Source of the DNA: Octopus sinensis
Lineage: Eukaryota
NCBI RefSeq assembly: GCF_006345805.1
Contig: NC_042999.1
Location: 65,038,001-65,102,000, forward strand
Direction of reading: 5' to 3'
DNA: 64,000 bases
A program made the translations under genes and the position numbers. Below are positions 38,790-52,221 of the stretch, piece after piece; positions within the stretch are counted from its first letter, which is position 1, and every line of letters starts with the position of its first letter. The notes below the pieces were generated by a model. It searched no databases, was not told where the DNA came from, and worked only from the letters and a program-made list of their open reading frames with translations.

Positions 38790-39360
38790 ACCTCTAAAAT
38801 GTGTTGCAATCGTCCTTTGCATTTTGACACACTGGAATAGATTATCGGATGTCTGAACTGCGCCATACTTCGTTTGCATATAATTTCAGTCACGTAACTT
38901 CTAAGCGAGAGTTCTCCATTCTAAATACATGGCCAAACCATTTGAATAAGTGTTGATGGAGAACTGTTAAGAGATCAGTAATATTTGTAACAAACAAACT
39001 ACTGATCTCAACAAATACATTAGAGTTTGTGGTAACGGCAGGCCATTAAAACTTCATTATTGAACTGACATATTTTCCGTCAAAAGTGTCCAGTCCTTGT
39101 TCTCTACTGACAGATAACAACCAGATTTCTGATTACTAAACACGTATTCCGCTCATACTTGCAAACTATTCAGGCAATTTAATTTTTGAATAAATATTCG
39201 TTCCCGTATCATGTAGATTTTCACAAGTAGTTCTTGTCTGCAAAATTCTATTTTAATTTCTTCTTTGTTGGAGAACTTTGAACCGAAATATATAAAGAGA
39301 GATTTCACGTAGATCAACGAGACATTGAACAAAATCTGAGATGAGGGCATGAACAACACT
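38790..39360 (-). pseudogene. Degenerate RTE-clade LINE reverse transcriptase C-terminal region
   Basis: LFIYFGSKFSNKEEI (cf. FxYLGS) and FKWFGHVFRMENSRL (cf. LRWxGHVxRM). Confidence 0.7.
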
Positions 39361-41339
39361 GAATGTTTCTGAGGTGTACAATTAAACTAAAATATTCAGC
39401 TTCAAGCGTTGGGCTTTTGATGAAGGTCTGCAGCACGGAATTTTGTCAGGAAACATTTCGCGGTCTCAAAGCGACGAAAATATTTTGACAAATTTAAATG
39501 TTGAAGTGAATCTAACGGTTTTTGTGTGTTTCTTAAATGGCTTCTAAACACCTTCCACGCTGCAATTGTTTTCGTTCCAGCACACGATCTCAGATTAGAT
39601 CACTTGCTATGCAAGTACATCTCCGTAATGCAGAAATATTGTATTTTTGGAATTGATCTCGGTATCCACAGTTTCTATATCAAAGAAGCAACTTTGAGTA
39701 GGCGGGAGGATTGAGATGGCATCATTTTCAAAAGCGAAGGAAATAACTGTGACTTATGATGTGATCCGTTATGTTATTGAACAAACAATGGTCTCAGAGT
39801 GGATCCTTTCCAGAAATCACATCGGTGTTCCAGCACTTAAAAATTACCTTCGTAATTTATAATGATTTTGAAGTTAAGTAATGGATGTAGGTATCAACAC
39901 ATTGGCTGAGAAGTATTTTCATGACACTTTCATGGAATCTAATTAAAATTCCTGTTATGTCAAGAACACAAACAACAGGAAAATTGAGTAATCACTTGAT
40001 GGCACCACAGTATTTATTGGTGTAATGTTTAAATTCTTCTTTGGAGAAATAAAATTTGATAATCATGAATGGTAAATTAAAGGATTTAAAAAAATATTTT
40101 CTAGTTAGTTTTTTTTATGTACATCGGAAGGGTCATTTTGCCAATTATAGACACATGCACAGGTTAATTTTCACTTCATTTTTTCGTTAATTGGTTAGCA
40201 AATAACAATCTCACTAATCGATTGTTTGCTTAATTATTCGATTAATCAATAAATCAATCAATCGATTAGTTAGTTGGTCAGATTGCTTGCCAATTAACAA
40301 ATGATAAAGAAGTGAAAATGAACCAGTGCATGTGCTTATTATTAGCACAATGAGACTCTCTGAATACAGCAAAACTTATTTAAATACACAAGTTCCTATT
40401 AAAAATCTTGCCAAAAATAAAATAGAAAAACAAAATCGTTCCAAAACACGTATATAAAATGTATTTAAATCGTAACATTTCAAAGTATACTTAAAACGTA
40501 CTCCAGAATTTGGTGAAAAATTATATTAACGAAACGAGATAACACAGTAGCTGTTATGCAAGGTGTGAGAAATATTTCATGTGAATGGACACACGTAAAA
40601 CCTTCTCCAAGCATTAGGTGAGATATATTCCTTCCTTTCCTAGGAGTCAATCAATTAGAATTCCGAGTCAGTTGCTGCAAGTAGTTCCAGGGGAATCTCG
40701 CCAGGCTCACATGATTTATATATTCCTAGTTTATCTGTAGCATTAGATATTTCTGAAAGTGATGCAGACTCAATTAAGGGAGGCCATGCAACATCACTAG
40801 CTGGTTCACCTTTGCTGGTAAGGTGGCGCTAGATTGAAACAGCGTTCAAAATAAATTTTACATAGAAAACGTGAATTATTGAAAATGAGCTCAGAGGTGA
40901 AGCATTTATTATATGTATGTATATATATATATATATATATGTTTATATGCATACATTCTCGCACTGATACACACATATACATAAACACAGAGACATAGCC
41001 ACACATAACCATAAACGTACACACACAAATATATATATAAAGAGAGAGAGAGAGCGAGAGGGGGTAAATAGACAGGTAGTTATACGCACTAGAGATGTAC
41101 CTCTCTTTCTCTCAGTGGAAAGCATATTCGTGCATTCAAAAGTGACCACAAACACTCACTTATATACAAGCATATCCATTCCACGTATAGGTACGCATCG
41201 ACTCGCATGCATACATTCACGAATCTTCAGAAGCGTTTATATTCAAACATAGAACCTATGTCAACACTTTAAATAACTACCTTGAATCCTAGGTAAAAGA
41301 AATTCAAATAAACCTGCATGAAAGCTCATACATATAACC

Positions 41340-41950
41340 ACCCACCCCATCCATCCATCCATCCATCCATCCATCCATCCATCCATCCATCAATCCATCC
41401 ATCCATCCATCCATCCATCCATCCACCCCATCCATCCATCCATGCACCCATCCATCCATCCATCCATCCATCCTTCCATCCATCCATCCACCCACCCCAT
41501 CCATCCTTCCATCCATCCACCCCATCCATCCATCCACCCCATCCATCCATCCACCCCATCCATCCATCCACCCCATCCATCCATCCATCCACCCAATCCA
41601 TCCATCCATCCATCCATCCATCCATCCCATCCATCCATCCATCCCCCCATCCATCTACCGATCTATCCATCCACCCTATCCATCCATCTATCCATCCATC
41701 CATCCATCCATCTATCCATCCATCTATCCACCCTATCCATCCATCCATCCGTCCATCTATCCATCTATCCATCCATCCATCCATCCATCCATCTCTCTAC
41801 CCCATCCATCCATCCATCCGTCCACCCCATCCATCCATCCATCCATCCAACACATCCATCCACCCATCCATCCATCCGTCCGTCCATCCATCCATCCATC
41901 CATTCATCCATCCATCCATCCATCCTTCCATCCATCCATCCATCCATCTG
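41340..41950. repeat. ~600-bp degenerate (CCAT)n tract
   Basis: Direct reading; source of the PSIH/MDGW ORFs. Confidence 0.97.
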
Positions 41951-42006
41951 ACCAACCAGCCAACCAGCCAACCAACTACTCATCTATGCACACATGGTGG
42001 ATTTTT

Positions 42007-42388
42007 CTTTTACTTTTACTTGTTTCAGTCATTTGACTGCGGCCATGCTGGAGCACCGCCTTTAGTCGAGCAAATCGACCCCAGGACTTATTCCTTGTAA
42101 GCCTAGTACTTATTCTATCGGTCTCTTTTGCTGAACCGCTAAGTTACGGGGAAGTAAACACAGCAGCATCAATGTTGGGGGGGGGACAAACACAGACACA
42201 CAAACATGCACACACACACACACACACATACACACACACACATAAATAAGACGGGCTTCTGTCAGTTTCTGTCTACCAAATCCACTCAGATGGCTTTGGT
42301 GGGCCCGAGGCTATAGTAGAAGACACTTGCCCACAGTCCCACGGTCCCCTATGTGGTTGGTACGCAAGCTACTTACCAAACAGCCACT
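42007..42388 (-). mobile_element. SINE family A
   Basis: Full-length reverse-complement copy. Confidence 0.85.
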
Positions 42389-43036
42389 ACTCTCTTTTTG
42401 AACGAGTATGATCATTGCCTATGATTAGCAAAAAAATATAAATCGAAAAATTATCAACAATGTCTTTGCAAAGCTCAAATCGTGAACAATGTCTTTCATA
42501 ACAGTACAACCCGCTCCATGGTCTGGTCGTCGGCGACTGAACTGGAACTCCCCACTTGGCGTTCCTGGTGAGGAGGGTTGCTATATACCCAAGAGGACTA
42601 CAAACAAGACCTGTTTAAAAGACAGGGGAATCTAGTGCAGGCTCAACGACTATGTAACAATTGCAAGGGCTTTCAGAAATTCGCTTTTGTTAAACCATGT
42701 CCCTTAATCCCGCTTCAAACGCAGTCGGCAGTAACTTGATCAACAAATCCTCTACGACTGTTGATAATCAACGGCAAGAAGAGATGCTACGGATCGCACT
42801 ATCCCAAAGCGTTTATGCGTGTGACCGAAGCCCACATGTGAAATTGTATTCCCACCGAAACTCCGAACATTGCTGGAGGCAGCTTAATCCATTTCGAGTG
42901 AATGCCGCCGCGAGAACGAGTCAGAGAATACCACAATTACCGATGAGTTCATCGCCATCAATTCACCTTGAAAGTTCACCGTGGGGAAATTTTAAGGAGA
43001 ATATACAGCCATAGTATCTCACCATTAATAGTTAGA

Positions 43037-43319
43037 CTTTTACTCTTTTACTTGTTTCAGTCATTTGACTGTGGCCATGCTGGAGCACCGTCTTTAGTCG
43101 AGCAAATCGACCCCAGGACTTATTCCTTGTAAGCCTAGTACTTATTCTATCGGTGTTTTTTGCCGAACCGCTATGGTACGTGGACGTCAACACACAAGCA
43201 TCGGTTGTCAAGCGATGTTGGGGGGGGACAAACACAGACACACAAACGTATACACATACACACATACACACACCACACACACACACATACACACACATAT
43301 ATATATATATAATATATAT

Positions 43320-43376
<57 letters not shown>

Positions 43377-43533
43377 CGACGGGCTTCTTTCAGGTTCCGT
43401 CTACCAAATCCACTCACAAGGCTTTGGTCGGCCCGAGGCTATAGTAGAAGACACTTGCCCAAGGTGCCACGCAGTGGGACTGAACTCGGAACCATTTAGT
43501 TCGTAAGCAAGCTACTTACCACACAACCACTCC
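43037..43533 (-). mobile_element. SINE family A
   Basis: Full-length; its head half is duplicated at 44173-44331. Confidence 0.85.
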
Positions 43534-44107
43534 TTTTATTGAAACCCGCACATGCCAAAAACCTGGTGAATTGTTGGCGGTGAACTTATCATGATAAGCA
43601 TTTAGGCCAGATTTCCTGTATGAGAATATTTCCTTCCTCCTCATATCTGTTTCGTAAGCTTTGTAGAGGATCATGTACAGCATTTTCCCTTCTGACTAAA
43701 ACGATTCAAGTTTTGTTATCAGAGTTTATATTAGAATAACCTACTCCAAGGGACAAACTATGAAGTATGATGAATTGTGTCTCACTCCCAGCTGTATTGC
43801 AAAGCGCAGGAAACTGACAATGGAAATTTAACAATAGCCTGGGTAAATGTCTTCGCACTATTCAAATACAATCTTTACACTTACTGCTTATTTTCCAGTC
43901 TGGTTACTAGCAACAAGCCTCACAAGATTATTCTGGTTGTGCTTTGATTTAGTTGTTCACAATTCATTTATATAAATATTTGGACACTACCAAATACATA
44001 CGCCCAGGATATAAACAAGCGTATTGGTGTGCATAATTCCTACGTATAGATAGGCGCACAAACAAGCATTTACATACATACACACACACACACCACACAC
44101 ACACACA

Positions 44108-44142
<35 letters not shown>

Positions 44143-44868
44143 ATATATATATATATAATATATATATATATATACGACGGGCTTCTTTCAGGTTCCGTCT
44201 ACCAAATCCACTCACAAGGCTTTGGTCGGCCCGAGGCTATAGTAGAAGACACTTGCCCAAGGTGCCACGCAGTGGGACTGAACTCGGAACCATTTAGTTC
44301 GTAAGCAAGCTACTTACCACACAACCACTCCTTTTATTGAAACCCGCACATGCCAAAAACCTGGTGAATTGTTGGCGGTGAACTTATCATGATAAGCATT
44401 TAGGCCAGATTTCCTGTATGAGAATATTTCCTTCCTCCTCATATCTGTTTCGTAAGCTTTGTAGAGGATCATGTACAGCATTTTCCCTTCTGACTAAAAC
44501 GATTCAAGTTTTGTTATCAGAGTTTATATTAGAATAACCTACTCCAAGGGACAAACTATGAAGTATGATGAATTGTGTCTCACTCCCAGCTGTATTGCAA
44601 AGCGCAGGAAACTGACAATGGAAATTTAACAATAGCCTGGGTAAATGTCTTCGCACTATTCAAATACAATCTTTACACTTACTGCTTATTTTCCAGTCTG
44701 GTTACTAGCAACAAGCCTCACAAGATTATTCTGGTTGTGCTTTGATTTAGTTGTTCACAATTCATTTATATAAATATTTGGACACTACCAAATACATACG
44801 CCCAGGATATAAACAAGCGTATTGGTGTGCATAATTCCTACGTATAGATAGGCGCACAAACAAGCATT

Positions 44869-44880
<12 letters not shown>
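43375..44880. repeat. Tandem duplication, period 798 bp
   Basis: TACGACGGGCTTC starts at 43375 and 44173; ~710 bp of non-microsatellite sequence appears identical. Confidence 0.92.
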
Positions 44881-44939
<59 letters not shown>

Positions 44940-45173
44940 GTAAATAGATAATTTAATTAATCTTTTATTTATTTCTTTTATTGAAGAGCATCCATACAGG
45001 GGCACCACCTTGAACGGTTTAACCGAGCAAATCAACCGCAGGACTTTCATTTAAGCCTGGTACTTATTCTCTTGATATCTTTTGCCCGACTGCTACATAT
45101 CGTCGCGTAAACAAGCCAACACCGGTTGACAAACGGTGCTAGTTGGGACAAACACATATATACTCTTTTTAAT

Positions 45174-45540
45174 CTTTTACTTGTTTCAGTCATTTGACTG
45201 TGGCCATCCTGGAGCAAATAGACCTCAGGACTTAGTCTTTGTAAGCCTAGTATTTATTCTATCGGCGTCTTTTGCCGAAGCGTTAAGTTGCGGGGACGTA
45301 AACACACCGGCATCGGTTGTCAAGCGATGGAGTGGTTGACAAACACACACACACACACACGCACATATACTTATATACTACGGGCTTCTTCCAGTTTCCG
45401 TCAGCCAAACCCACTCACAAGGATCTGGTCGGCCCGAGGCTATAGTAGAAGACACTTGCCCAAGGTGCCACGCAGTGGGACTGAACACGGAACCATGTGG
45501 TTGGTAAGCAAGCTACTTACCACACAGCCACTCCTACGCC
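45174..45540 (-). mobile_element. SINE family A
   Basis: Full-length, with flanking fragments at ~44985-45150 and ~45570-45750. Confidence 0.85.
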
Positions 45541-45797
45541 TGTATATGTATATACATACATATTTTTATATTTTTACTTGTTTCAGTCACTAGACTGCAG
45601 CTGCGGTGAGGTACAGCAGCCATGAAGGGTTTTAATCAAACGAATAAACACTAGTACTTATTTTAAGGTTGATACTTTTGCTGAACCGGTAATCTATCAG
45701 GACGAAAACAAACTAACACCGTTTGTCAAGCGGTGGTAGCGGACAAACACAATCTAAAAGACATCTACAATTAGATACACACACACCCACACTCATG

Positions 45798-46616
45798 AAG
45801 TGTGCGGTGAATAAACTGTCGTCAAAATTATGCGAAAAGGAAAATAACATTCACATCCCATTTCAGCAGATATATCAACCAAAATTACATAAAAATATCT
45901 TGAGATATTAAAGAGAAAATTATTCCATAAAATCGCTATTTGCTTCAACCATAACCTACAGACGACTTTCGAATCTTTTACAAATCTTCTGGACGGTGCT
46001 CTTGTTTAAGTTGATGAATGCTGCCATAATCCTTACCTTCAGTTAATCTTTGGTGTTACAAGTAGTTTTGTTGGTCTCTCGCTCATCTCCGCCCCACACA
46101 TAATGAAGAGGTTGCAGTCTGTGGAGTTAGGTGGCCAGATGTTAGGGGTAGTGTGGTCGCAGAAATTGTTGGACAGCCATCTCTGAGTCATGTTGCCAGG
46201 CATAGGATCTTCCAGCAGCTACCCTCTTGACCCAGGGTAGCACTACCTCCTCGAAGCACTTGACATAGACCTCCATGTTGAGACTGAGGCTGTGTGAGAA
46301 GATGGATGGAGGCATAACGTCATCATCACTAGTGGTCACTCCAAACACCATGATGTTGACTGGATGTTTAATTTTTATCCATCTCGGTACATGTTCTTAG
46401 ATTGCACTATCCTCGGATTGGCACCAGAACACTCTGAAATGTTGGTATTATGCCGTTTCCAAATTTCAGGTAGAGTGAATTGCGTCATGGTGTTGTTTTG
46501 CTCACAAGACGCTCCCCAAATAACTATACTGTGTAGTCGATAAAATCAAAAACAAGACGCATGCACAAAACTAAATGTCTATAAATGGTGGGCGACAATT
46601 TACCCATCGCACCATA
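45798..46616 (-). mobile_element. Deleted maT (DD37D-type Tc1/mariner) element
   Basis: KHPVNIMVFGV..SDDDVMPP...EVVLPWVKRVAAGRSYAWQ and NIWPPNS motifs; imperfect TIRs GTGCGGTGAATAAACTGTCGTC / GGCGACAATTTACCCATCGCAC. Confidence 0.75.
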
Positions 46617-46619
46617 TAT

Positions 46620-46681
<62 letters not shown>

Positions 46682-47069
46682 CGGGCGTCTTTCAGTTTCC
46701 TTCTATTGAACCCACTGATAATGTTTTGCTCTATCGGAGTCTATAGTAGAGGACACATGCCCAAGGTACAACGTAGTGGAATTGAGCCCGGAACCAACGG
46801 TGCAGAAAGAAGACGTCCGACCACATAGATAGTATACAAAAAGTAAGTCTCTCTCTTTATATTTCCAAGCCTTTGAACATTTTTTCGACCAATATATCCC
46901 TCTTTATTTGTTCTCTACTTATTATTTATTTACCCATTCTCTTTCTAGTATTCGCCTTTGATGTAGAATCTACTAACGGTTAAAAAAAAATACTTAACAA
47001 CGTTCTGTTTATCATTTATGCATTCATCAAAATTTTTATAATGTCTTGTTGTTGAGATAGGCTCTCTTT

Positions 47070-47152
47070 CTTTCCTGATGAGAAGATTGCATTTTACACC
47101 GTTTATTCCTTTGGAATAAAACCAATGTTGCCTTCGAAACATATGTCGAAAG
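47070..47152 (+). ncRNA. Type I hammerhead ribozyme, long-stem-II family, core intact
   Basis: CTTTC-CTGATGA(47075-47081)-GAAG...CTTC-GAAA(47136-47139)-CATATG-TC-GAAAG; cleavage predicted after 47147; downstream CGTTCAACTC shared with the 12.5-kb copy, then (TA)n. Confidence 0.8.
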
Positions 47153-47234
47153 TAAAAGAATTTGAATAGCATCTGCGTTCAACTCCATTTATTTACTTAT
47201 ATATATATATATATATAATATTTTTATATACATA

Positions 47235-48107
47235 GGTGGTCTGATCAATGAGTATCCGAACTGTTGCCATGGTAACAACAATAAAGCTTGCAGAGCGAAG
47301 CCGTGTGGCACAAATTGACCTTCGCCGCTGCTGTGGATGTACACTAAGTTTTCATGTACTAGCTCACATCCTCTGTTTACAGCAGTGTTTGGAAGGAACG
47401 TGTGTAGCGTGTGATCGTCGCATTGAGCAAGACAAAAAATTGTCATGGTGATACCTGCTCAGAGGCATACACAAAGTTGTAGAAAGTATATAGAGAGGAG
47501 TCTATAAATAGCACGCAAGTGAACCAGTGTTTTAGACGTTTCCAAGTGGCCGAAAACAGTCGATAGTGACGAATGTTCTAGGATACCTGCAACCAGCATA
47601 ACTGAGAAAAACATCGCAGATATGCGTGCAACTGAGAAGAGGAATCGTCGAATTATCAGGGGAGGGGAATATTAATTACGGTTTAGTTTAGTACATTATC
47701 ACTGAAGATTAGGGTATGAGACACGTGTCTGCCAAGTTTGTGCCAAAACAGCTTCCAGCTGACCAAAAACACACTTGGGTTTCATTTGCACAAGATCTCC
47801 CTGATTGTGTAGAGAAAGAGGAAAAGTTTTTGGAAATTTTGCGTTGACCTCTCTGCAAGAATTGTCAAGCTTTTGGCAAAATGTGATGCAGATTCTCTGC
47901 TTAAATTTCTCCGTCATGGTCAATGCGACGATCACACCTTACGTTACTTCCAAGCATTGCTGTAAATAGTGGAGGTGACCTAGAATATTAAAACTTAATG
48001 CACATGTACAACAGTGTTCAAGGTTAATCTGTGCCAAGAGGATTCACTCTGCATGCTTTAGTTTCGTTACTATGACAACAGTCCAGATACTTTTTGATCA
48101 GACCCCG
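47235..48107. mobile_element. Mariner derivative made of two inverted 5' ends
   Basis: Left ~200 bp and right 47841-48107 are diverged reverse complements; plus strand has the FVPKQL motif; minus strand has the start MTEKFKQRICITFCQKL at 47917; TA at both ends. Confidence 0.8.
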
Positions 48108-48262
48108 TATGTTTGTGTGTGTATATATATATATAACTTTAAATTACGATGAACGTAATCAAACAAACGAAGTTTGCTTTAGAACCGTTGAGATGTCTTA
48201 GAAAGTTAAAGAAGTGAGTTTTCTCAAACGTAGGGTAATGCTAATAATATAGCCTGAACAGG

Positions 48263-48372
48263 ATAAGCTACCCCTATTTTGCAGAAAAAAGTGTTGGTGG
48301 CTGGCTATAAGACTCGAACTCACACCTCCGTGATTGCGGCCGCCAACACTTTTTTCTGCAAAATAGGAGTAA

Positions 48373-48377
<5 letters not shown>
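48263..48377. repeat. 39-bp inverted repeat enclosing a tRNA-3'-half-like loop
   Basis: Arms 48263-48301 / 48339-48377 differ by 3 transitions; loop on the minus strand GGAGGTGTGAGTTCGAGTCTTATAGCCA. Confidence 0.75.
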
Positions 48378-48414
<37 letters not shown>

Positions 48415-50379
48415 GTTTAATTAATGTCGGAATAGTTGGCGGGGTGTACTGCAATATGTGTATATGTTTGATCTCAGATGACTGTATGCATGTGTTTAAC
48501 AATTAACACATAAAAGGCTTCAACAATCACTGTAGGAATGCTATGTAAAAAAAATTATTTCGTTGTGCTTTACTTCCAGGCAGACTCTGATCACGCAGCC
48601 CTCTGATCGAAATAGCTGCAATCGTATTATACTCAGGTTTTTTTTTTTCGGACAACATTATCCAATCTTTCCAAAGATAGTAACGTCAGCTTTCTCTGTT
48701 GTTCGTATCGAAACGAAAAATGAGGTGGTAGAGCGCTCATTGTCTGGATGTCTAACTTGTTGGTTAAACAGGTTAATGATAACCTTTCGCTCGTCGTCAT
48801 CCTGTGATTCTCATATCGTTTGTTTATGAAGAGGGCCTCGAAGAAAATCTGTGGTTATTTGAGGTCTTCTTAGTGTCGTACACTTTGCAAGACATTTGGA
48901 TACAATTTGAGGAATGTTTTAACTACTTTTGCTAGCAGGTGAAGCGATCACCGAGAGGTTGCTTCGTTCATTCAATGACTATGTTTTTTGTTATCTCAAA
49001 ATGGTAAATGGGTTTGGAAAATTGTAATAAAACAAAACTGACAAATACTGAAAAATGTGTTTAGCTATGAAAATATTTTTAGCTGTTTTATTGACTGGAA
49101 GGATAGTGGGTGTTTAAAATAAATGGTAACCCTCCCACCTTTAAACACTCATTTTTAAAAATACATATTTTAATCCTGACACTTTGAAAGAAGCAAATAT
49201 CTTTTTATTCCGATAGCTGCATGTATCCGACTTAAAAAAAACAATGAAGAAGATAATGAACCATATTCTGTTTAAGAAGTAAAGATAGAAAAAAAATAAC
49301 GGGAACAAGAGTTGAAGGTAATGTTTTAGCATCTCTTAGAGAAGACAAAATTTAACATGCTTTTCTTCTTTTATTTTGCCAAATTAAATTAAATTGAACA
49401 TTCTCGAAGTTTACACCATTATCTCTGATCGATATTTTCATAATGACACAACATTAATTTCATTTCGAGGACCTATTTGTTAGGAAACCATTTCTCTGTA
49501 AATTCTCGACGAAGGGGATTTCTGTTAGCATTTCATTGACACATCGCACCAGCATGGCATTTTTCTAAGAGGTCTCATATTATGTCAATGCCTGTTTCTC
49601 ATGATGCTGATGAGAATAAGAAGAATATAAAGGAAATCACAAAAAAAGCTTAAGAAAAAGAGCGAAAACGCCGAATATTTTTTCCATGTAATTTAATTTG
49701 TCAACAGGAATAATGTTTCTGCGGATGAATAAAAAACATAACCCTGAACAGAAAGAAGAATTTTAGAAATTACGAGAAGTGCATAAACACAAATATTAAA
49801 ATGTCATGGAAGGTGAGGAGAAAAAGTAAGAAAAAGAGTAAATATAACGAAAATGTATTCAAACCATATATAAATTGAATTTAAAAGTAATATCACTTTT
49901 TGAATAGTTCGTCGTAGAAAGTGCAGTTCGTCGTATGTGCCTTAGTCAGAATGTGTATTTGAGTGTGTGTGTGTGTGGGGGGGGGGGATAACCTCTCCCG
50001 CTAATATGTATATACAGTATTTGGGCCGCAATATGAGAATAGAGAGTTCACTGTATGTGCCTTAAGAGTAATGAAAATCATCTTAAATAAATATACATGA
50101 CAGTGCTTACTAATTAGCGTAAAAATACAGAATTCATTAGATTATTAATGATTTGGGGATATCAGACCCACGAAAAACCAGTCAGGTTTCTGTTTACATA
50201 TTTAATTAGTAGCAAAAAACTAGAAATGTGTTTAAGAAGTAATAATGGTTTCAAATTGTGGCACAAGGAAACCAAGGAAACCAGTATTTTGAGGGGAGGT
50301 GGGAGTTGTTTACATTGACCCCAGTTCTTGGCGGACAAGATGCTGGCAAGCATTTTGATCGGCGTGCTAATGAGTTTGC

Positions 50380-50810
50380 AAGATAACCGTCTTGGTTTAG
50401 GGGGAAAAAACCCTTTGGTACTATCGAAGTACCACTAAAAGATATTGAAACTGCACAAATGCTCTCAGTTAAATATTTAGAAACGGAGGACGTTGTATTA
50501 ATTCCAATGTATATGGGATTGAGGACGTCAAAGATACGTATACTAAGGGCCCCGTCTCAAATCGACCCTATGTGGTTGATGGCGACAGTCCTGGCAAAAA
50601 AGGAAGATAATATAACTCTCCTTCAATCTACCGTCACAGAAAAGACTTATTGGACAGGTCAAACGGTTCAACTCCTAATACAAGCAGAATAGTTAATTTT
50701 AGAACAGTTACTGGAGAAAATAGAACTTGGGGAGGAATTCCTTAAAGTATTCGCTGAGGGGCGTAAGCCCCGATGTTTCCCGTGTGGCTAGCAGGGCCAT
50801 ATAATTAGAG
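50380..50810 (+). pseudogene. L1/Tx1-like LINE ORF1 fragment with zinc knuckle
   Basis: LETEDVVLIPMYMG...LKVFAEGRKPRCFPCG*QGH; homologous to 60400-61225; clade assignment tentative. Confidence 0.6.
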
Positions 50811-50918
50811 TGGATAGTATACTTTTGGGGTAGTTGTTGCTTAACAGATCGTTATTGAGCTTGATCATTTCTTCGTGGTATGCATCACAATCAGATGATA
50901 GTAACTGAAGTTTATGTA

Positions 50919-51467
50919 CAGGGGTTGGACAAAATAATGGAAACACCTTAAAATTTCAAACAAATTGAATTCTACGAGGTATGGACTCGTGCAGAGTTTT
51001 GAATTGTTTTCAAAGGAATTTTGTCCATTCTTCAGCTCAAACAATCTCCAGTTCTTTTAGTGATGATGGTGGCGGATATGAACTTCTTCCTTCTGCAAGT
51101 TTTGGTGTTCTTCCGCAGTTTTGTTTCGACGAAGAGGTTTTTCCCTCTTTCTCAAAGGCTGTCATACTTTCGAGACAGTACTTCTTGATACACCAAGCAT
51201 TTCGGCTGTTTTCGTTACGCTAGCGCCTGCCATACAAGCACCAACAATTTGACCTCTTTGAAAGTCCGACAGATCTGTCATTTTTATGAAGTTTTATTAC
51301 CTTCTGATGATATTTGGGAAGGAACCGCAATTTTAGCAAGACATATTAAGCAACACCAACAATAAATAAAAAATAAATAAAGATAAACACATTTTGACGG
51401 TTTTGTAGATATTTCAATATGATGATGCTACATTACTAGGTGTTTCCATTATTTTGTCCAACCCATG
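50919..51467 (-). mobile_element. Internally deleted Tc1 transposon
   Basis: TIRs CAGGGGTTGGACAAAATAATGGAAACACCT / AGGTGTTTCCATTATTTTGTCCAACCCATG; MTDLSDFQRGQIVGACMAGASVTKTAEMLGVSRSTVSKV from 51281; C-terminal ESIPRRIQ; DDE domain missing. Confidence 0.9.
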
Positions 51468-51760
51468 AATATACATATTCCTTTAATCGTTCTTATTCTA
51501 GCGCCTCCGCCATTCTGGAGCCTTCTTACGATTTCTTTTTTCACAACGTCTCAATTGCTAAATTATCGAAGCGGTGACTCATCTAATTAATAAACAGGCT
51601 TGGTGTCTTTCGCTATTTATTGGGATAACTTATATTATGCAGCTGTTACATATTTCAGAAAGACAAGTAATGAACTGTTTACACGGCTGTACACAGATCC
51701 CACAGTTAAGGCCTCACTAGAAATCATTATTTTTTGTGATTTTAAAGTTAAACTTCTCTT

Positions 51761-51826
<66 letters not shown>

Positions 51827-52221
51827 GAGAGGCTAGAACAAATACATCAATTTTTCTATGCCGCAATTTAACATATCTACATATTCGCAGCATTGAGATG
51901 TTATATTATCTAGTAGATTATGTTCTTATACCATCCAGATCTGAACCAGTCATTATTCGCAGCCGAAAATGTCTTTGTAATGTACCGTGCGTTCGCTAAT
52001 TGCGTTATGTGCTCTTGAAGACACGTAGATGACCTGTCAGTACTGCGCGTCCACTAATTGTTTTGGGTGCCTCTGTAGACACAAATAAACGAAGATGCTT
52101 TCTGAGACAACTGTGCGTTTAATGAACCATACACGATGAAGGTTATTTTATTTATCGATCAAGAAAGTAGCTTTAACCCCAGCGAAATTTGTGCTCATAG
52201 CATAGAGAGCAATAACAAATA

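Noticed and set aside
42697-43014. 105-aa ORF
   Set aside because: No recognisable motif; the region may be a LINE 5' remnant but this could not be supported
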